Source of the DNA: Hormiphora californensis
Lineage: Eukaryota > Animalia > Ctenophora
Assembly (NCBI GenBank): GCA_020137815.1
Contig: CM035353.1
Span: 2,356,001-2,420,000 of the forward strand
Reading direction: 5' to 3'
Length of the DNA stretch: 64,000 nucleotides
Positions 13,001 through 24,222 of this stretch are shown here, in pieces. The notes under the pieces are model-generated. The model had not been told where the DNA came from. It worked only from the letters and a program-made list of their open reading frames with translations, and made no database searches. A program made the translations under genes and the position numbers. The stretch's first letter is position 1, and every line of letters starts with the position of its first letter.

Positions 13001-16000
13001 CTTAGCCTCGCTGTGGCGTAGAAATTACGGACAGTTTGGATTTTAGTGGAAATAGGGTGGTGACTGTTCGCGTGCAGTGTGATATTCTTGCGAGCCTCCT
13101 TGCGGTAGAAACGCGTCTGTACCTCCCCAGATTCGGTGACCCGGATGTTAGTACCCAAGAAAGGTACAAAGTCATCACCCTCTGGAAAGTCAACCTCCCA
13201 TTTGATAAGATGGTCCGGATCCTGCTCACCTATCTTATCAAAGAAACACACTGCCTCCTCTCTCGTATAACATACGGTACAGGCATCATCAATGTACCGC
13301 CCATATAGAATAGGCAAGTACGATACGTCGGTGTAGAGGGTGGCTCTCTCGAACATAAAAACTCTCACCACTGCTGCTATGGGACTAGGGGCACATCCCA
13401 TGAATAGCCCCCGGAGTTGTTTGTAGAGGCGCCCATCATACGTAAAGAATGAACTCTCCAGTACCAGATCTAGACACTCATGGACATCTACCAACTCTAG
13501 ACCCCTTAGGTTCAAGACGTCCAAGTGTTCCTCGGCAAAAGATACCAAGGACGATATACATGCCTGTATGTTCAGGTTGGTGTAGAGGGCACTGATATCT
13601 CCACTGCAAAACTTCTTACCACGGAGAACCTCTGGTGACAGATCTCTGAGCCATTGTAGATGAGTATGGATGTTTTTCAGGTGTGGAGAGACCTCATCAA
13701 GCAATGGACTCAGGATGGAGGTTATTAACCAGGCTAGTTTAGCGGTGGGTGAGCCAATACAGGATACTATGGGACGTACCTTGCATGTAGATAAGAACTG
13801 ATCCGGTGATACTATCTGACTAGCGTCGAATTTGTGCGTCTTAATCAGAATGTACATGCACGGTAACCTGGATTGAGTAGTGTGGAGTGCCAAGATCATG
13901 TCCTTACCCATTTTCCTCCGTATGACGATCTGCTCCCACAGGTTGTTACATTTGCTTTGGAGGGTTTGGGTCATGTTGGTTATCTGGGTTAGGTATGTGA
14001 CAGGTGTCGGTTTTGCAACCAACACCTGGCTACCAGCGTAGTTTCGGGTCGGCTGGACTAGCTGGTACACCCCAACTGAGCTGTCCAGGTGTAGTTTGGT
14101 TAGCTCATGTTGTATATCCCTGGGGGTGACCACAAACTCTCCCCCCTTGTCGGACACTGAGATGTGTAGTTCAGACTTCTTGGCTCTCAGAGATCTGAGG
14201 CCAGCGGCCTGCTGGTTAGATAGGTTGAACGGTACCCGGCAGGTTGACAGGAGTCGTGTGGCCAGCTGTTGCAAGTTGCGTAGATCGTCCTCTATTTGGC
14301 AATTGGAGACGGGGGGTGGTTTAAGATGACGCTTTCCAATTGGAGCCCCCTCACTCCGCCATGACTGAATCTGTGTGCATACTGTGGGCCTCTCCTCTGT
14401 GGCAACTTTCCATCTAAGTCTATACGCGGTCGCTGCGATCTCATGGTTAACCTGCTGATGGAGCTTCTCATCTACTCGAGTGGACAGAGAGAAATTAGGA
14501 CCTAGGTCTAATAGCGACTTCTCATCATCCGAAAGCTCTTCCAGAATCGGGGTGGTACGATTCTCCATCAGGACACTAGGTTCCACTGGATCGGTACATG
14601 CGGCAGGGTGCTCAGTGTAATAGACAGGGGTGGCGGGAGTGGCACTTTGCAAGTGGAGCTGGTGGGCATACTTAGCACGAAGTTTATCCTTCGCCTGAAG
14701 CTTCATAGAGTGGTTGTTACTCTCAAAAAGACAGTTAAATTATGGGAGTGGCGAATGGAACTTTGATGGAAAACTCAAAGCCGGGCAACGAAGTACACTA
14801 AACAGCCGACTTTCTTCTTGGGAGCAAATGTTTTAACTCTGCTGGCAGTTAGTGATTATTTCGGAACATAATTTAGCAATTCAGTCTCCATAGTTACCGA
14901 TTTAGTTGCCATGGCAACCATCAAATGTGGGAAAAAAGAGGGCCACCCGGCGAAGCCGGGTGGTTTGTGAACACCCCTTATTTGAGGCGCACCCAATGGG
15001 TGCGCTAGTCTAATATATGTTGAACTAAACTTCCTTGTTTTTATTTGTATCTAATATATGTCCCGAATCTCTCGAATGTCCATGTACAGTCGGACCCCGA
15101 TTTAACGGCACCCTTGGGGGAAAGGGTTTTGTCCGTTAAATCGGGGTGTCCGCTAAATCGGGGTCAAATACTGTTAATTTTCTATATCGGGGGAAGATTA
15201 TGCTGCCGTTAAATCGGGTTGCCGCTAAATCGGGGGCCGTTAAATCGGGGTCCGACTGTACCTACTGGTCTCTATATGGTAACAAGGGTTCGCTACACGG
15301 CGAGTTGTTACCGTGTACTACACCTCTTTTTCAGTTCCTCCCAAGTCCCTACATGTCCATGTGAACATGTGTACTACACCTCTTTTTCAGTTCCTCCCAA
15401 GTCCCTACATGTCCACGTGAACATGTGTACTACACCTCTTTTTCAGTTCCTCCCAAGTCCCTACATGTCCATGTGAACATGTGTACTACACCTCTTTTTC
15501 AGTTCCTCCCAAGTCCCTCCATGTCCATGTGAACATGTGTACTACACCTCTTTTTCAGTTCCTCCCAAGTCCCTACATGTCCATGTGAACATGTGTACTA
15601 CACCTCTTTTTCAGTTCCTCCCAAGTCCCTGCATGTCCATGTGAACATGTGTACTACACCTCTTTTTCAGTTCCTCCCAAGTCCCTTCATGTCCATGTGA
15701 ACATGTGTACTACACCTCTTTTTCAGTTCCTCCCAAGTCCCTGCATGTCCATGTGAACATGTGTACTACACCTCTTTTTCAGTTCCTCCCAAGTCCCTAC
15801 ATGTCCATGTGAACATGTGTACTACACCTCTTTTTCAGTTCCTCCCAAGTCCCTACATGTCCATGTGAACATGTGTACACCTCTTTTTCAGTTCCTCCCA
15901 AGTCCCTACATGTCCATGTGAACATGTGTACTACACCTCTTTTTCAGTTCCTCCCAAGTCCCTTCATGTCCACGTGAACCCCACTGAGATTAATGTTGAC

Positions 16001-19000
16001 ATCGCCACTGTGTGGTGGATCAGGGAATTCCTAGCTAACACCATGTCAACTGACTTCAAAGCCATGGTGAGTTAACAAGAGTTAACATAACAACTAGGAA
16101 TAGTTATTTTAAGAAATTTTCAAATCATTGGCGATATGGTACTTTGTACTAAGCAAGTATGGGGGGTAATCTGTCTCATATAAGACCGTCCTCTTCGCAC
16201 CGGGGTGCGCGATGTACAGTCCGTGCCTGACAAGTAACACATTAAACACTTTTCTCCAGTTACGGGACCTCAGTGCGGGCAGTACGACCACGGATATAAA
16301 GGTGAAAGCGGTGCTGATCCTACCGCACATTACCATTCCGATATCTGTGGAAGATGAGGTTGAGGAGGGCCAAATCAAGGGTCTCCAGTTGTGGTTTAGC
16401 AAGATTCAACTTACAAATCTTAATAACTCGTAAGTGGTTTACAGCAAGATTCAGCTTACAAATCTTAATAACTCGTAAGTGGTTTACAGCAAGATTCAGC
16501 TTACAAATCTTAATAACTCGTAAGTGGTTAACAGCAAGATTCAACTTACAAATCTTAATAACTCGTAAGTGGTGTAGCAAGATTCAACTTACAAATCTTA
16601 ATAACTCGTAAGTGGTTAATAGCAAGATTCAACTTACAAATCTTAACAACTCGTAAGTGGTTCAGCAAGATTCAGCTTACAAATCTTAATAACTCGTAAG
16701 TAGCAAGATTCAACTTACAAATCTTAATAACTCGTAAGTGGTTAATAGCAAGATTCAACTTACAAATCTTAATAACTCGTAAGTGGTTCAGCAAGATTCA
16801 GCTTACAAATCTTAATAACTCGTAAGTAGCAAGATTCAACTTACAAATCTTAATAACTCGTAAGTGGTTTAGCACTGGGGTGATCCGCTACCCGGTTTAA
16901 TTAATAATAGATATTCTGTGGATGTGGTATATTATACCTCGATATTATTCTGGTTCTTAGCCCCGCCCTGATATCCTAGATCTTCTTATCACAGTAGTAG
17001 CGCGGTAGTGGGGCACGCTTTATCATGCCTGCAAGGTACTCCTGATATCCCCTCTAATATATCCCTTCTAAAAAATTTTAATATCCCATCTCCTCCTCCC
17101 TGCAGGATGTACCTCCCCCTACTGACGCTACTTCACGAGCTGGTGTCGGATCCAACTATAGCGGAGGATGGGGCCTTTCCCAACAGAGAGACAGATACCG
17201 ATAACGGGCTACCTAGAGACCTACTGAATATTGATCTTCTGCCCCAACTCTTGGAGGAGTTACAACGCTTTGAACGGGTCAGTAAACTATAGACACAATG
17301 TATTGGTTAAAATATCTTATGTTCCCGCAATTTGTTTTTGCACAACTAAGAACTACTATTGTTAGAACATAACAATAGTAACCCCCTATATAGTAACCCC
17401 CTTTAGTAACTCCCTAGTAACGCCCTAGTAACCCCCTTGCCCCCTAGCAACCCCCTAGTAACCCCCTTGTCCCCCAGTTAAAGAGGGAGCACAGTGAGGA
17501 GAGGGCTCGGCAGCGCCGTGGTGTTTCTCCCGCCCCAGGCAACCTGCACAGCAACAGTGTCGACAGCTCCCCAGTTAGCAGTCGACGGAGCAGCACGAGT
17601 TCGCTATTTAGTGCGCTAGGTATTTTCTAATTACACAATATCTAACCAAACCAATAAACCAAACTAATACCAATATCAAACCAAAGCCTTAAACCAAACC
17701 AAATATCGTAGGTCCCCTTGGTACTAGCAGCCACTCTACCTGTAACGTCGCCATTCCTGAATCTACCCCATCTCTTTCCCTTTCTGAAGACTTCATCAAC
17801 CCTGGGGAATCCACCTGGAGAACTTTAGCGCTGATTTTGTGTACTCAACCAGTGGGATAGACAATGAAAAACACAGGTGCACAATAGGAATACTTATACA
17901 AATAATAAACGTTGTACAATAATTAGTATAGTGGGCATCCAAAACAGTAGCACCCAGACTCTAGTATAGGTCCTAGAGTCTAACTTTCCGCCGATCAAAT
18001 ATATATACCAGTTATGAGTTAGTTGCCCTGTTGCTCTCGATTCTGTGAAATGACACCATGACACTATATATTTTCAGATCTAGAAAGTTCATCACGGATG
18101 TACCTCTATCCCTTTACCTTCTGACGGAGCCACCCACCGAGACCCCAACTCCTGATCCTCCCCCCACCACTACCATGGAGAACGGACACAGAAAGTTGAC
18201 ACGAAACCACCTCCAACCTCCTCCCCCAGAGCCACCCGCACAGTATCTTGCACTACTAAAAACACCTAGCTCGGTTAGTTTAATGATCTTCTTCGGACTC
18301 AAACAGAAAGATATATATACATAGTGTATTCCACATTATGACGAGTGTGGAATCCACAAACTCGTTCTCGTCGAGAATCTTATCCAATATAGTAATAATT
18401 AGTAATAATTATAAATTCCGCAATCTGATTCTTGACTGAGTCAAGATTAATTGAGTCAATGACTCAATTAATCTCAATTAACCCTTAATATTATCTCATA
18501 TTAATTACCGATTGCCCCTGCCACCAGGTGCACTGTATTGTTGACCGGGATCAGTATCTCTTTCTAATGAGACTACAACAGGAACTACAACTGTTCCTCC
18601 AGAAAATAGTCCTCTCCGTTACCCAGATTTTCTCAGCCACTGACCCGGTAACTATAGTTATAATGTGTGATAATCCCCCCCCCCCAGGAACCGACCGAAA
18701 CAAGTAAACAACCAATCAGAACTCGTTACTTAGGTCACGTGACTGGTTATCAGCCAATAAGGGACCAGTATTTTCTGATTCGGTCGGTTCCTCCCCCCCC
18801 CCCCCCCCCCCCCCGATAATAATCTGTACATTACCATGATGGAATTGGATGGATAAACAATTCGAATTGTGTTAACAAGTTAACTCTGTTTCAGAGGGAA
18901 GAGGTGGGTGCAACGTTCAAGTTGCTGGGAAGATTACCCCACGTTATGGCGGATATCATATTACCTACTACACCTATCCGGGTGGTACCTGGATCTAATG

Positions 19001-20275
19001 TATCGCCCCCAACCACGCCAGTACCAGCCTATCACATCTCACCACTTCATCTCCCTCTCTATCGTGAGTTGTTGTTTGTTCAGATCAGGAACCGACCTGA
19101 AACAAGTAAATAACCAATCAGAACTCGTTATTTAGGTCACGTGACTAGTTATCAGCCAATCAGGGACCAGTATTTCCTAATTCGGTCGGTTCCTGGTTCA
19201 GATTAACTTTTAGCCCAAGGCTCATTATATATATCGACAGATATATGCATCCATTATTGAAACACCCCTTCCTCAGGTCCCGATTATCGACTCTCGACCC
19301 AGACGAATTCTTTGCCGAGCTGGAACAAAAGATCCAAACTCTAGCCCAGTCGGAAACTAGCAGCTTGAACCTCTCCAACTTGGCCGAGAGACTCTCCCTA
19401 ACGGAGGAGGTGATGAACTGTCAGAGGGATCATCATCTGTCCCGCGGGCACCCTCAGAAAACCGGGAAACTCTCCTGAAATTCATCATGAGGGTTAACAA
19501 GAAACGAGAGATGGTATCGGTGGGATGCCAGACGGCCAGCCAGGTTGATTTGGTTGCTAGTAACTACCAAGAACTCCATAGCAACAGCCTGACAACAACC
19601 ACTAAAGAGGAGAGTGCAGGTACGGTGAAAGAGATGGTGCAGATCCACGCTGGGGATATCTCACTTTCCCTCCTGTCCGCACAAGACACAACTCTCAAGG
19701 TCACGTGTGGACAAGTCGGGTTGTTGGACGGTCAATGGGAGAAGAAAGCACGGGGCACGTTTCCGGATCATCGCTTTTCAGTTGTACCCGGTGAGGCTAG
19801 GGTCCGGGTGGATATCGTGACTGAGAGTGATTCAGATGTAATGAATAGTGACCAAAGTCTGTCTGGCGCCGCGACCCATCTGAGCCGCCAGAGTGAGGGA
19901 GCTGCAGCAGGGGCGGGGATCAATTGTGAAGTGATGTTGACCCAATTTTCTGGGTATCTAAAACTCCCAACCCTGGAGGGATTATCATCCTTCATAGCCC
20001 CAGACCCCACTCTCCCATCTACCCTCCCGTTCTCCCTGTCCTGTTTTGTTGTCGATACCGAGGTAGACATTGCGTTAGACAGTGAGACCACCAAACACAT
20101 TGTGGTGCCGAGGTTGGCGGTGGGGGTGGAGCGGGATGAGAGTGTTCATGTGGGCAGGCCGTGTTGCGGAGTTGACCTCCGGGGGTTCAAGTGCGCCTGT
20201 GAGGGCGAGATGGCCAGACTGAGGAGGGAGAATGAGGAGTTGAAGAGGTTGTTGTTAAACCTACCGAAACAATGA
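1770..20275 (+). CDS. BLTP3: Bridge-like lipid transfer protein 3 / UHRF1BP1(L)-like, multi-exon, 5' part upstream of window
   Basis: GT-AG exons ~1770-1871, 3165-3271, 4080-4234, 4500-4665, 4878-4976, 11294-11398, 15948-16066, 16260-16429, 17106-17277, further exons ~17478-19070, terminal ~19277-20275. Peptides LKLILDDMLLVLTPTQ, VETSYHLKTGTIDILLCDD, LQYRFEAVQVDLYPH..HW and AIFLTFVAYY..DLPVPPKSLHVHVNPTEINVD match BLTP3 family motifs as recalled. C-terminal coiled coil. The 3' exons are less certain; a frame change near 19480 needs a small intron or is a sequence error. Confidence 0.8.
1892..2003. mobile_element. ~110-bp MITE family A (CAGGAACCGA...TCGGTTCCTG), hAT-like
   Basis: TIRs CAGGAACCGA/TCGGTTCCTG with 8-bp TSD GTGATTAC. 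Other copies: 6386-6494 (GGGAGATC/GGGAGGTC), ~11202-11275 (partial), ~18685-18793, 19086-19195 (TSD GTTCAGAT), 20369-20477. Confidence 0.85.
2540..2976. mobile_element. Non-autonomous TIR element (CTGTAAAACTAGA...TCTAGTTTTAC)
   Basis: Inverted termini, TA on the left flank; related copy at ~37202-37397. Confidence 0.55.
3350..4045. repeat. Imperfect (GA)n then (CT)n microsatellite; further tracts at 24113-24222, 24853-25005, 26495-27245, 36744-36902
   Basis: Direct reading; these tracts generate the spurious ER/SL ORFs. Confidence 0.95.
5022..5934. mobile_element. ~0.9-kb non-autonomous DNA transposon with ~190-bp TIRs
   Basis: 5022-~5212 is the reverse complement of ~5743-5934; no TSD found. 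Confidence 0.7.
6600..8746 (-). CDS. LDLa-repeat rhodopsin-class GPCR (GRL101/RXFP-like, no LRRs evident), nested in a BLTP3 intron
   Basis: 668-aa ORF 6600-8606 with LDLa modules (CDGLPDCPNGEDE, CDDNVDCEDGSDE, CDNYKDCSNGLDE), seven hydrophobic helices, WRTGPYC before TM3 and PLNSCINP in TM7. A probable signal-peptide exon 8746-8696 (MLCFFIATSILLVVRAP) joins in frame across GT-AG intron 8695-8610. Confidence 0.85.
9281..10213. repeat. 31-bp tandem repeat, ~30 copies (GTATATTTGAAATGTCACAGGAGTTCTGAAA)
   Basis: Period 31 read directly, no spacers; one inverted copy at ~9227-9257. Confidence 0.95.
10202..11709 (-). CDS. Malate dehydrogenase C-terminal domain protein, MDH1B-like (probably non-catalytic; 5' end unresolved)
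   Basis: Phase-compatible exons 11709-11654, 11447-11403, 10932-10850, 10688-10503, 10342-10202 give ...LWLWDISAQRDLAIAHKIGEVVRPATHLVSNEW...[42 protein letters not shown]...DINGFSREMI..., typical of the cytosolic MDH/MDH1B C-terminus. Confidence 0.7.
10954..11125. mobile_element. MITE family B (CAGTCGGACCCCGATTT...AAATCGGGGTCCGACTG), Tc1/mariner-like
   Basis: TA-flanked TIRs. Copies at 15087-15258, 39008-39221, 58988-59159; partial at ~2016, ~38080, ~62942. The empty paralogous site (TAATTA near 56135) supports a TA TSD. Confidence 0.85.
11972..12012 (-). ncRNA. Putative minimal hammerhead ribozyme in the Penelope pseudo-LTR
   Basis: Minus strand reads CUGAAGA-U-GGUGC-UGU-GCGCC-GAAA-UUGA-UA, followed by AAUAAA; stem I is weak. 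Confidence 0.5.
12313..14706 (-). CDS. Penelope reverse transcriptase + GIY-YIG endonuclease (797 aa, may be 5' truncated)
   Basis: SDKG, KTHK..RPIVS, DISALYTN, GLFMG, RYIDD, FLG; C-terminal VYRITCNICKEIYIGETGR..RFGEH..EAYYI. Confidence 0.92.
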   Translation of the reverse strand: MKLQAKDKLRAKYAHQLHLQSATPATPVYYTEHPAACTDPVEPSVLMENRTTPILEELSDDEKSLLDLGPNFSLSTRVDEKLHQQVNHEIAATAYRLRWKVATEERPTVCTQIQSWRSEGAPIGKRHLKPPPVSNCQIEDDLRNLQQLATRLLSTCRVPFNLSNQQAAGLRSLRAKKSELHISVSDKGGEFVVTPRDIQHELTKLHLDSSVGVYQLVQPTRNYAGSQVLVAKPTPVTYLTQITNMTQTLQSKCNNLWEQIVIRRKMGKDMILALHTTQSRLPCMYILIKTHKFDASQIVSPDQFLSTCKVRPIVSCIGSPTAKLAWLITSILSPLLDEVSPHLKNIHTHLQWLRDLSPEVLRGKKFCSGDISALYTNLNIQACISSLVSFAEEHLDVLNLRGLELVDVHECLDLVLESSFFTYDGRLYKQLRGLFMGCAPSPIAAVVRVFMFERATLYTDVSYLPILYGRYIDDACTVCYTREEAVCFFDKIGEQDPDHLIKWEVDFPEGDDFVPFLGTNIRVTESGEVQTRFYRKEARKNITLHANSHHPISTKIQTVRNFYATARLSASDSEQEEASLRIVDNLLIANGYQNPRQFAQQQSCRLYQGQKQQVEDCVILKLPYISESFSLSIQKFISSRSLPIKTVFTPGTKLRNIFCSSRPLDNGAAYCGGRSCKICPRLEGERNCQVTAPVYRITCNICKEIYIGETGRTAKDRFGEHLRYATSPTLKSYSEMALAVHYKQFHNKTVPDLIFEIITTESRILYRKIIEAYYINREKPTINLKEELTDLSRFLIS
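14942..15009 (+). mobile_element. Possible Helitron 3' end
   Basis: Two GC hairpins (CCACCCGGCGAAGCCGGGTGG; GCGCACCCAATGGGTGCGC), the second running into CTAG|T. Confidence 0.35.
15313..15979 (+). repeat. 56-bp tandem repeat x12 containing a BLTP3 splice acceptor and exon start
   Basis: Unit GTGTACTACACCTCTTTTTCAG|TTCCTCCCAAGTCCCTACATGTCCATGTGAACAT. Confidence 0.95.
16391..16874 (+). repeat. 38-45-bp tandem repeat x~11 containing a BLTP3 exon end and splice donor
   Basis: Unit AGCAAGATTCAACTTACAAATCTTAATAACTC|GTAAGTGGTT..; GTGGTTTAGCA brackets both ends. Confidence 0.95.
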
Positions 20276-23200
20276 TCTGCCGCGGAAAACTGTTTTTTTA
20301 AATATTCATCAGCTGCATCAATAGATCACGTCTTGTTCTGAAGGTTATGAAACTGCATTATGAGAGAGCAGGAACCGACCGAAACAAGTAAACAACCAAT
20401 CAGAACTCGTTATTTAGGTCACGTGACTGGTTATCAGCCAATCAGGGACCAGTATTTCCTGATTCGGTCGGTTCCTGATTATGAGAGATGATACCGGCAT
20501 GAAACAGACTACTACAATAACACAAGACAAATAAAGGAAAGCTGTCCTTTTAAATATGCTGCAGCAACATATTTCTGTAATGTATTGAAGTAGATATTAT
20601 TAATTAGATGAAGGTGGTGGGTATACCCGGGTTTGACGTTATATAAATGTATGTATAAGTGCTGAGTTTGGTGACTGACAATTTGTACTCCATTAATTAT
20701 TTCATTGAAAAAGTTAAAGAATTGTGGAAGTTAACGAATTGAAGGAGGGATGCAGGTTTTCACACTGCTCTGAAAGAAGAACTCTGTTGATACATTTACA
20801 ACTGCTGAGCGTGTTTGTATTTTTTGAAAAAAGTAATGATTTGTATCCAGTACATATTTGTAACAGATAATATTTGTTGAGTTAAGTAACGGATTGTTTT
20901 TACTGTATCCATGGTACCCAACCCACCGGTGCACGGACTCGGAGAGACTGAGGGAGGGTCGAGCAAGGCAAATCTGCCCCCCCCCCCTTCTTCTTTCAGG
21001 CCAATACAAATGCTCTAGCTCTGACCGCTGTTTTCGCTATGCAACCCACCGGCACCTTGGCCACGTCGCACTCCTCTGTGACCAATGCAATCCCCTCTCT
21101 CCCCATATTCGTTGGGCTCGTGCGAGTTCGGGACGGGGAGGTCATAAACCGATAAATCTCAATGTCTTCTTTCCATTTATATCCAAACATTCCCCCAGCA
21201 AGGTTTAAATGTACAAAACAAGTGATCAATGAGCAGGGGACCCAAGAAATGGATTGAATCAATATGGAGTTGCAACCAGGTAAACTATTGTTATGTTCTA
21301 ACTAGTATTATAGGGTCCGTTCTACCCTCCCTTTACACAGTCTATAGCTAGGCAAGTAAACTAGCAGCTGTGATCTGTCTGGCGGACCCGACCCCGTTTT
21401 GATAGTGCGATCAGATCGGTACTGCGCCGCCAGAGAGTTTATGAACTAAAAATATAATTTGTTGGGTAAATTTGGTTAAAAATGTTGACAAACTAAAAGT
21501 GAATACTTGTGTTCACAATTACAAGCCAGTGCAGCTACAAAGTGTAAACTCAAGTAGCCCACAGCTGTTCAGGGGTCGCCAAGTAATCAATGCGGCTGCT
21601 GTAAGTAGCCCACTGGGTCGCCAAGTAATAATGGGGCTTTGGGGGGGGGGGAACAGGGAAAGGGGGAAAAAACCTTTCAGGGAGAGGAGAGAAAAAAACC
21701 CGGAAAAAAAAAAGGAGGGGGAACCCCCCTTTAAAAAAAAAACCCCCCCCCCCCCTTTTTTTTCCCCTCCCTTCTTTTTTTGCTCCTCTTTTCCCTTCCC
21801 CTTTCTTCCCCCTTTTCTCTCTCTCTTTCTGTCCTTTTCCCCCCTTCCCTTTTTCCCTTTTCTTTTTGTGCGGGGGTTGAGTGGGGGTGTAATGGGTGGG
21901 GGTTTATTTTTGGAAAACCTCCTAAAACCCCCCAGACCCCCCTCCCACCACCTCTATTCTCTCGTTTATAGCACACCATGCAATAACCGTACTACTATCT
22001 ATCTTTCTCTCTCCCAGGTTGTCAAGCAGATTGGGCCCCCACTACACCAACGAAGCGAGAGCAAAAAGGATTCCGTTTTTTTTTTTCCCCTTTTTCCTTC
22101 TCTCCTCTTCTGCCCCCCCTTTTTTTCCCTCTCTCTTTTTCTTCCCCTCTCTCTTTCTCTTTTTTCTCTCTCTCCCCCTCTCTTCTCTCTCCCTCTCGGT
22201 ATATATTTTAGACCCATTTTCCCACTTGCCTGTACCCCTTGTTTATTTTTAGTTTGTCTCAAATGCTTGGGGAAAAATAGGTTTATGACCGATCGGCACT
22301 TTCTTAGTTTAGTTCGTTTAGTTGCTAACATTTTAGAACATCATCACTTGCAAAGGTTTGGTTTGCTCATCTGGGACTGTACACAGTCACACAGCCAAGT
22401 CTCTTCGACCTTTCGGAATCACTACCACCAGATCGTCTTCTTTCTGTGATTCTGTCGTTGGTGTGGAACTGGAAGGGTGGTGGCTATAATGGGTTTGCCT
22501 GCTAAATCGGGGTGCCCGGTATATCAGCTATCAGAGACCATTGGCCTGACTTGTTGAGTAAGGGGCCTTACTCAACAAGGCCTGACCCTACTTTCAATTC
22601 TTCCAAATTCCCTCGGAACCCCCTCGACAACCGCGGTTAAAGCAGCGGGGCCAGGGAGTTTTTAATTTTTAAAGGGGGGTTTTGGGAGGGAGGAAGGAAA
22701 GGCCAGAAGTGGGCCCCCAAGGGGGCCCCGTTTTCCGGGGAAAAACCCCCGAGAGGAAAGAAAAACCCTGGGGGGGGCCTAGCCAAAAAAGAAACTGGAA
22801 AAAAAAGGGGGGGGGAAAAGGGAACGAATTTGCTTGGGTCCGATTTTGGGTTTGGGGGTTTTTTCAAAACATCCCGGGGGGGAATACAAAACCGAAAAGA
22901 AGCCCCCCCTTCTTTCCCTTTCCCCTCCCCACATATCTCTCCTCCTCTTTTCCCCCTTTTATTTCTTCTCTCCCCCTCCCCCCTTTTTTTTCTTTTCCCC
23001 CCTTTTTTTTTTCTTTTTTTCTAAACCTTTCTTCCACCTCCGTTTTTTTCTTTTTTTCTTTTCGCCTTTTTTCCCTTTTTTTTTTTTTTCTTTTTCCCTA
23101 AATTCGAAATCCCCCCTTCCCCAATCGGTTTTTTTTTCTCCTCCCCCTTTCCCCCCCCCCCCTTTTTTTTTTCTTTTTCCTTTTTTTTGGCCTCTTTTTT

Positions 23201-24111
23201 ACCTATTGGTGTGTCGATAACTTTTTATATGGTGTAAAGGCTTTTTTTCCCTAATGACCCCCGTAAAACAGGCAATTAAAAAAAAACAGGAGATAGGGAG
23301 GCAGGGACTGCTAATTGAGCGTCTCCCGTAATTGAGGTGTAATTGCCTGGCCTGATTGGTTTTTATTACCCGAACAACCGTGATATATTGGGCACCGCCG
23401 CGGTATATAATAAACCTCCCCCCATTTCCACAGTTATCTGCAGGAGCTGCACAGACCAGCTGTTTTGGTAACGCCATATCGTTTTGGTAACGCCATGTAT
23501 CGTTTTGGTAACGCCGTCATATCGGATCGGCGCCGCTAAACTTATCAGTGTTATGGCTTGTACATTGACATCATAATTATATCGATCATTCTTTGTTTCT
23601 GCTTATTACCCTTGTGGTATTACATCTGTGATTATAAGATTTCTCATATTTTGTGTCTCTTGATTTGATGGAAAACCATATCATTGGTTAGTTTTCTTTC
23701 GATTTCTTTAGTTTTGGATACCACCTGAAGATGCAAATTAATTTTTGACTGTTACCAGTTACTAACCAGTCGTTTGATAGGCTCTAATCTAAGTATATAT
23801 GGTCCATCGCAGCGACAGCCGTGAGACACCGAGACACTTTTATGCCCCTAGGAGAGTCCGGTAGCATGTCTATCCGTCCGCTCTTATTATATAGTTGTCT
23901 TTTTTATTGATACAGATGATTGACGGTTTGAAACAAGTATTGCTCGTGTTGATACTTGAAAGGAACTAAGCGGAGAAAAAGATAGACGAGGATTAATAAG
24001 CTCTATTTGTCTGGACGTGGTCCGATTGGTCCGATCTCCCAGCCGAGGAATGGCGATTTTTGATTGGTCTTGGCGCGGCTGGGCTCAAAGAGCATGTGAT
24101 TCAGACGGGTG

Positions 24112-24222
<111 letters not shown>

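Larger units (their letters stand above)
11900..14720 (-). mobile_element. Penelope-like retroelement
   Basis: RT + GIY-YIG ORF followed by an AT-rich 3' region, hammerhead-like core and AATAAA. Boundaries approximate. Confidence 0.85.

Noticed and set aside
21472-23400. 325-aa and other F/P/K/G-rich ORFs
   Set aside because: Homopolymer-rich degraded sequence typical of low-quality consensus; no coding signature. The same applies to ~26150-26500.
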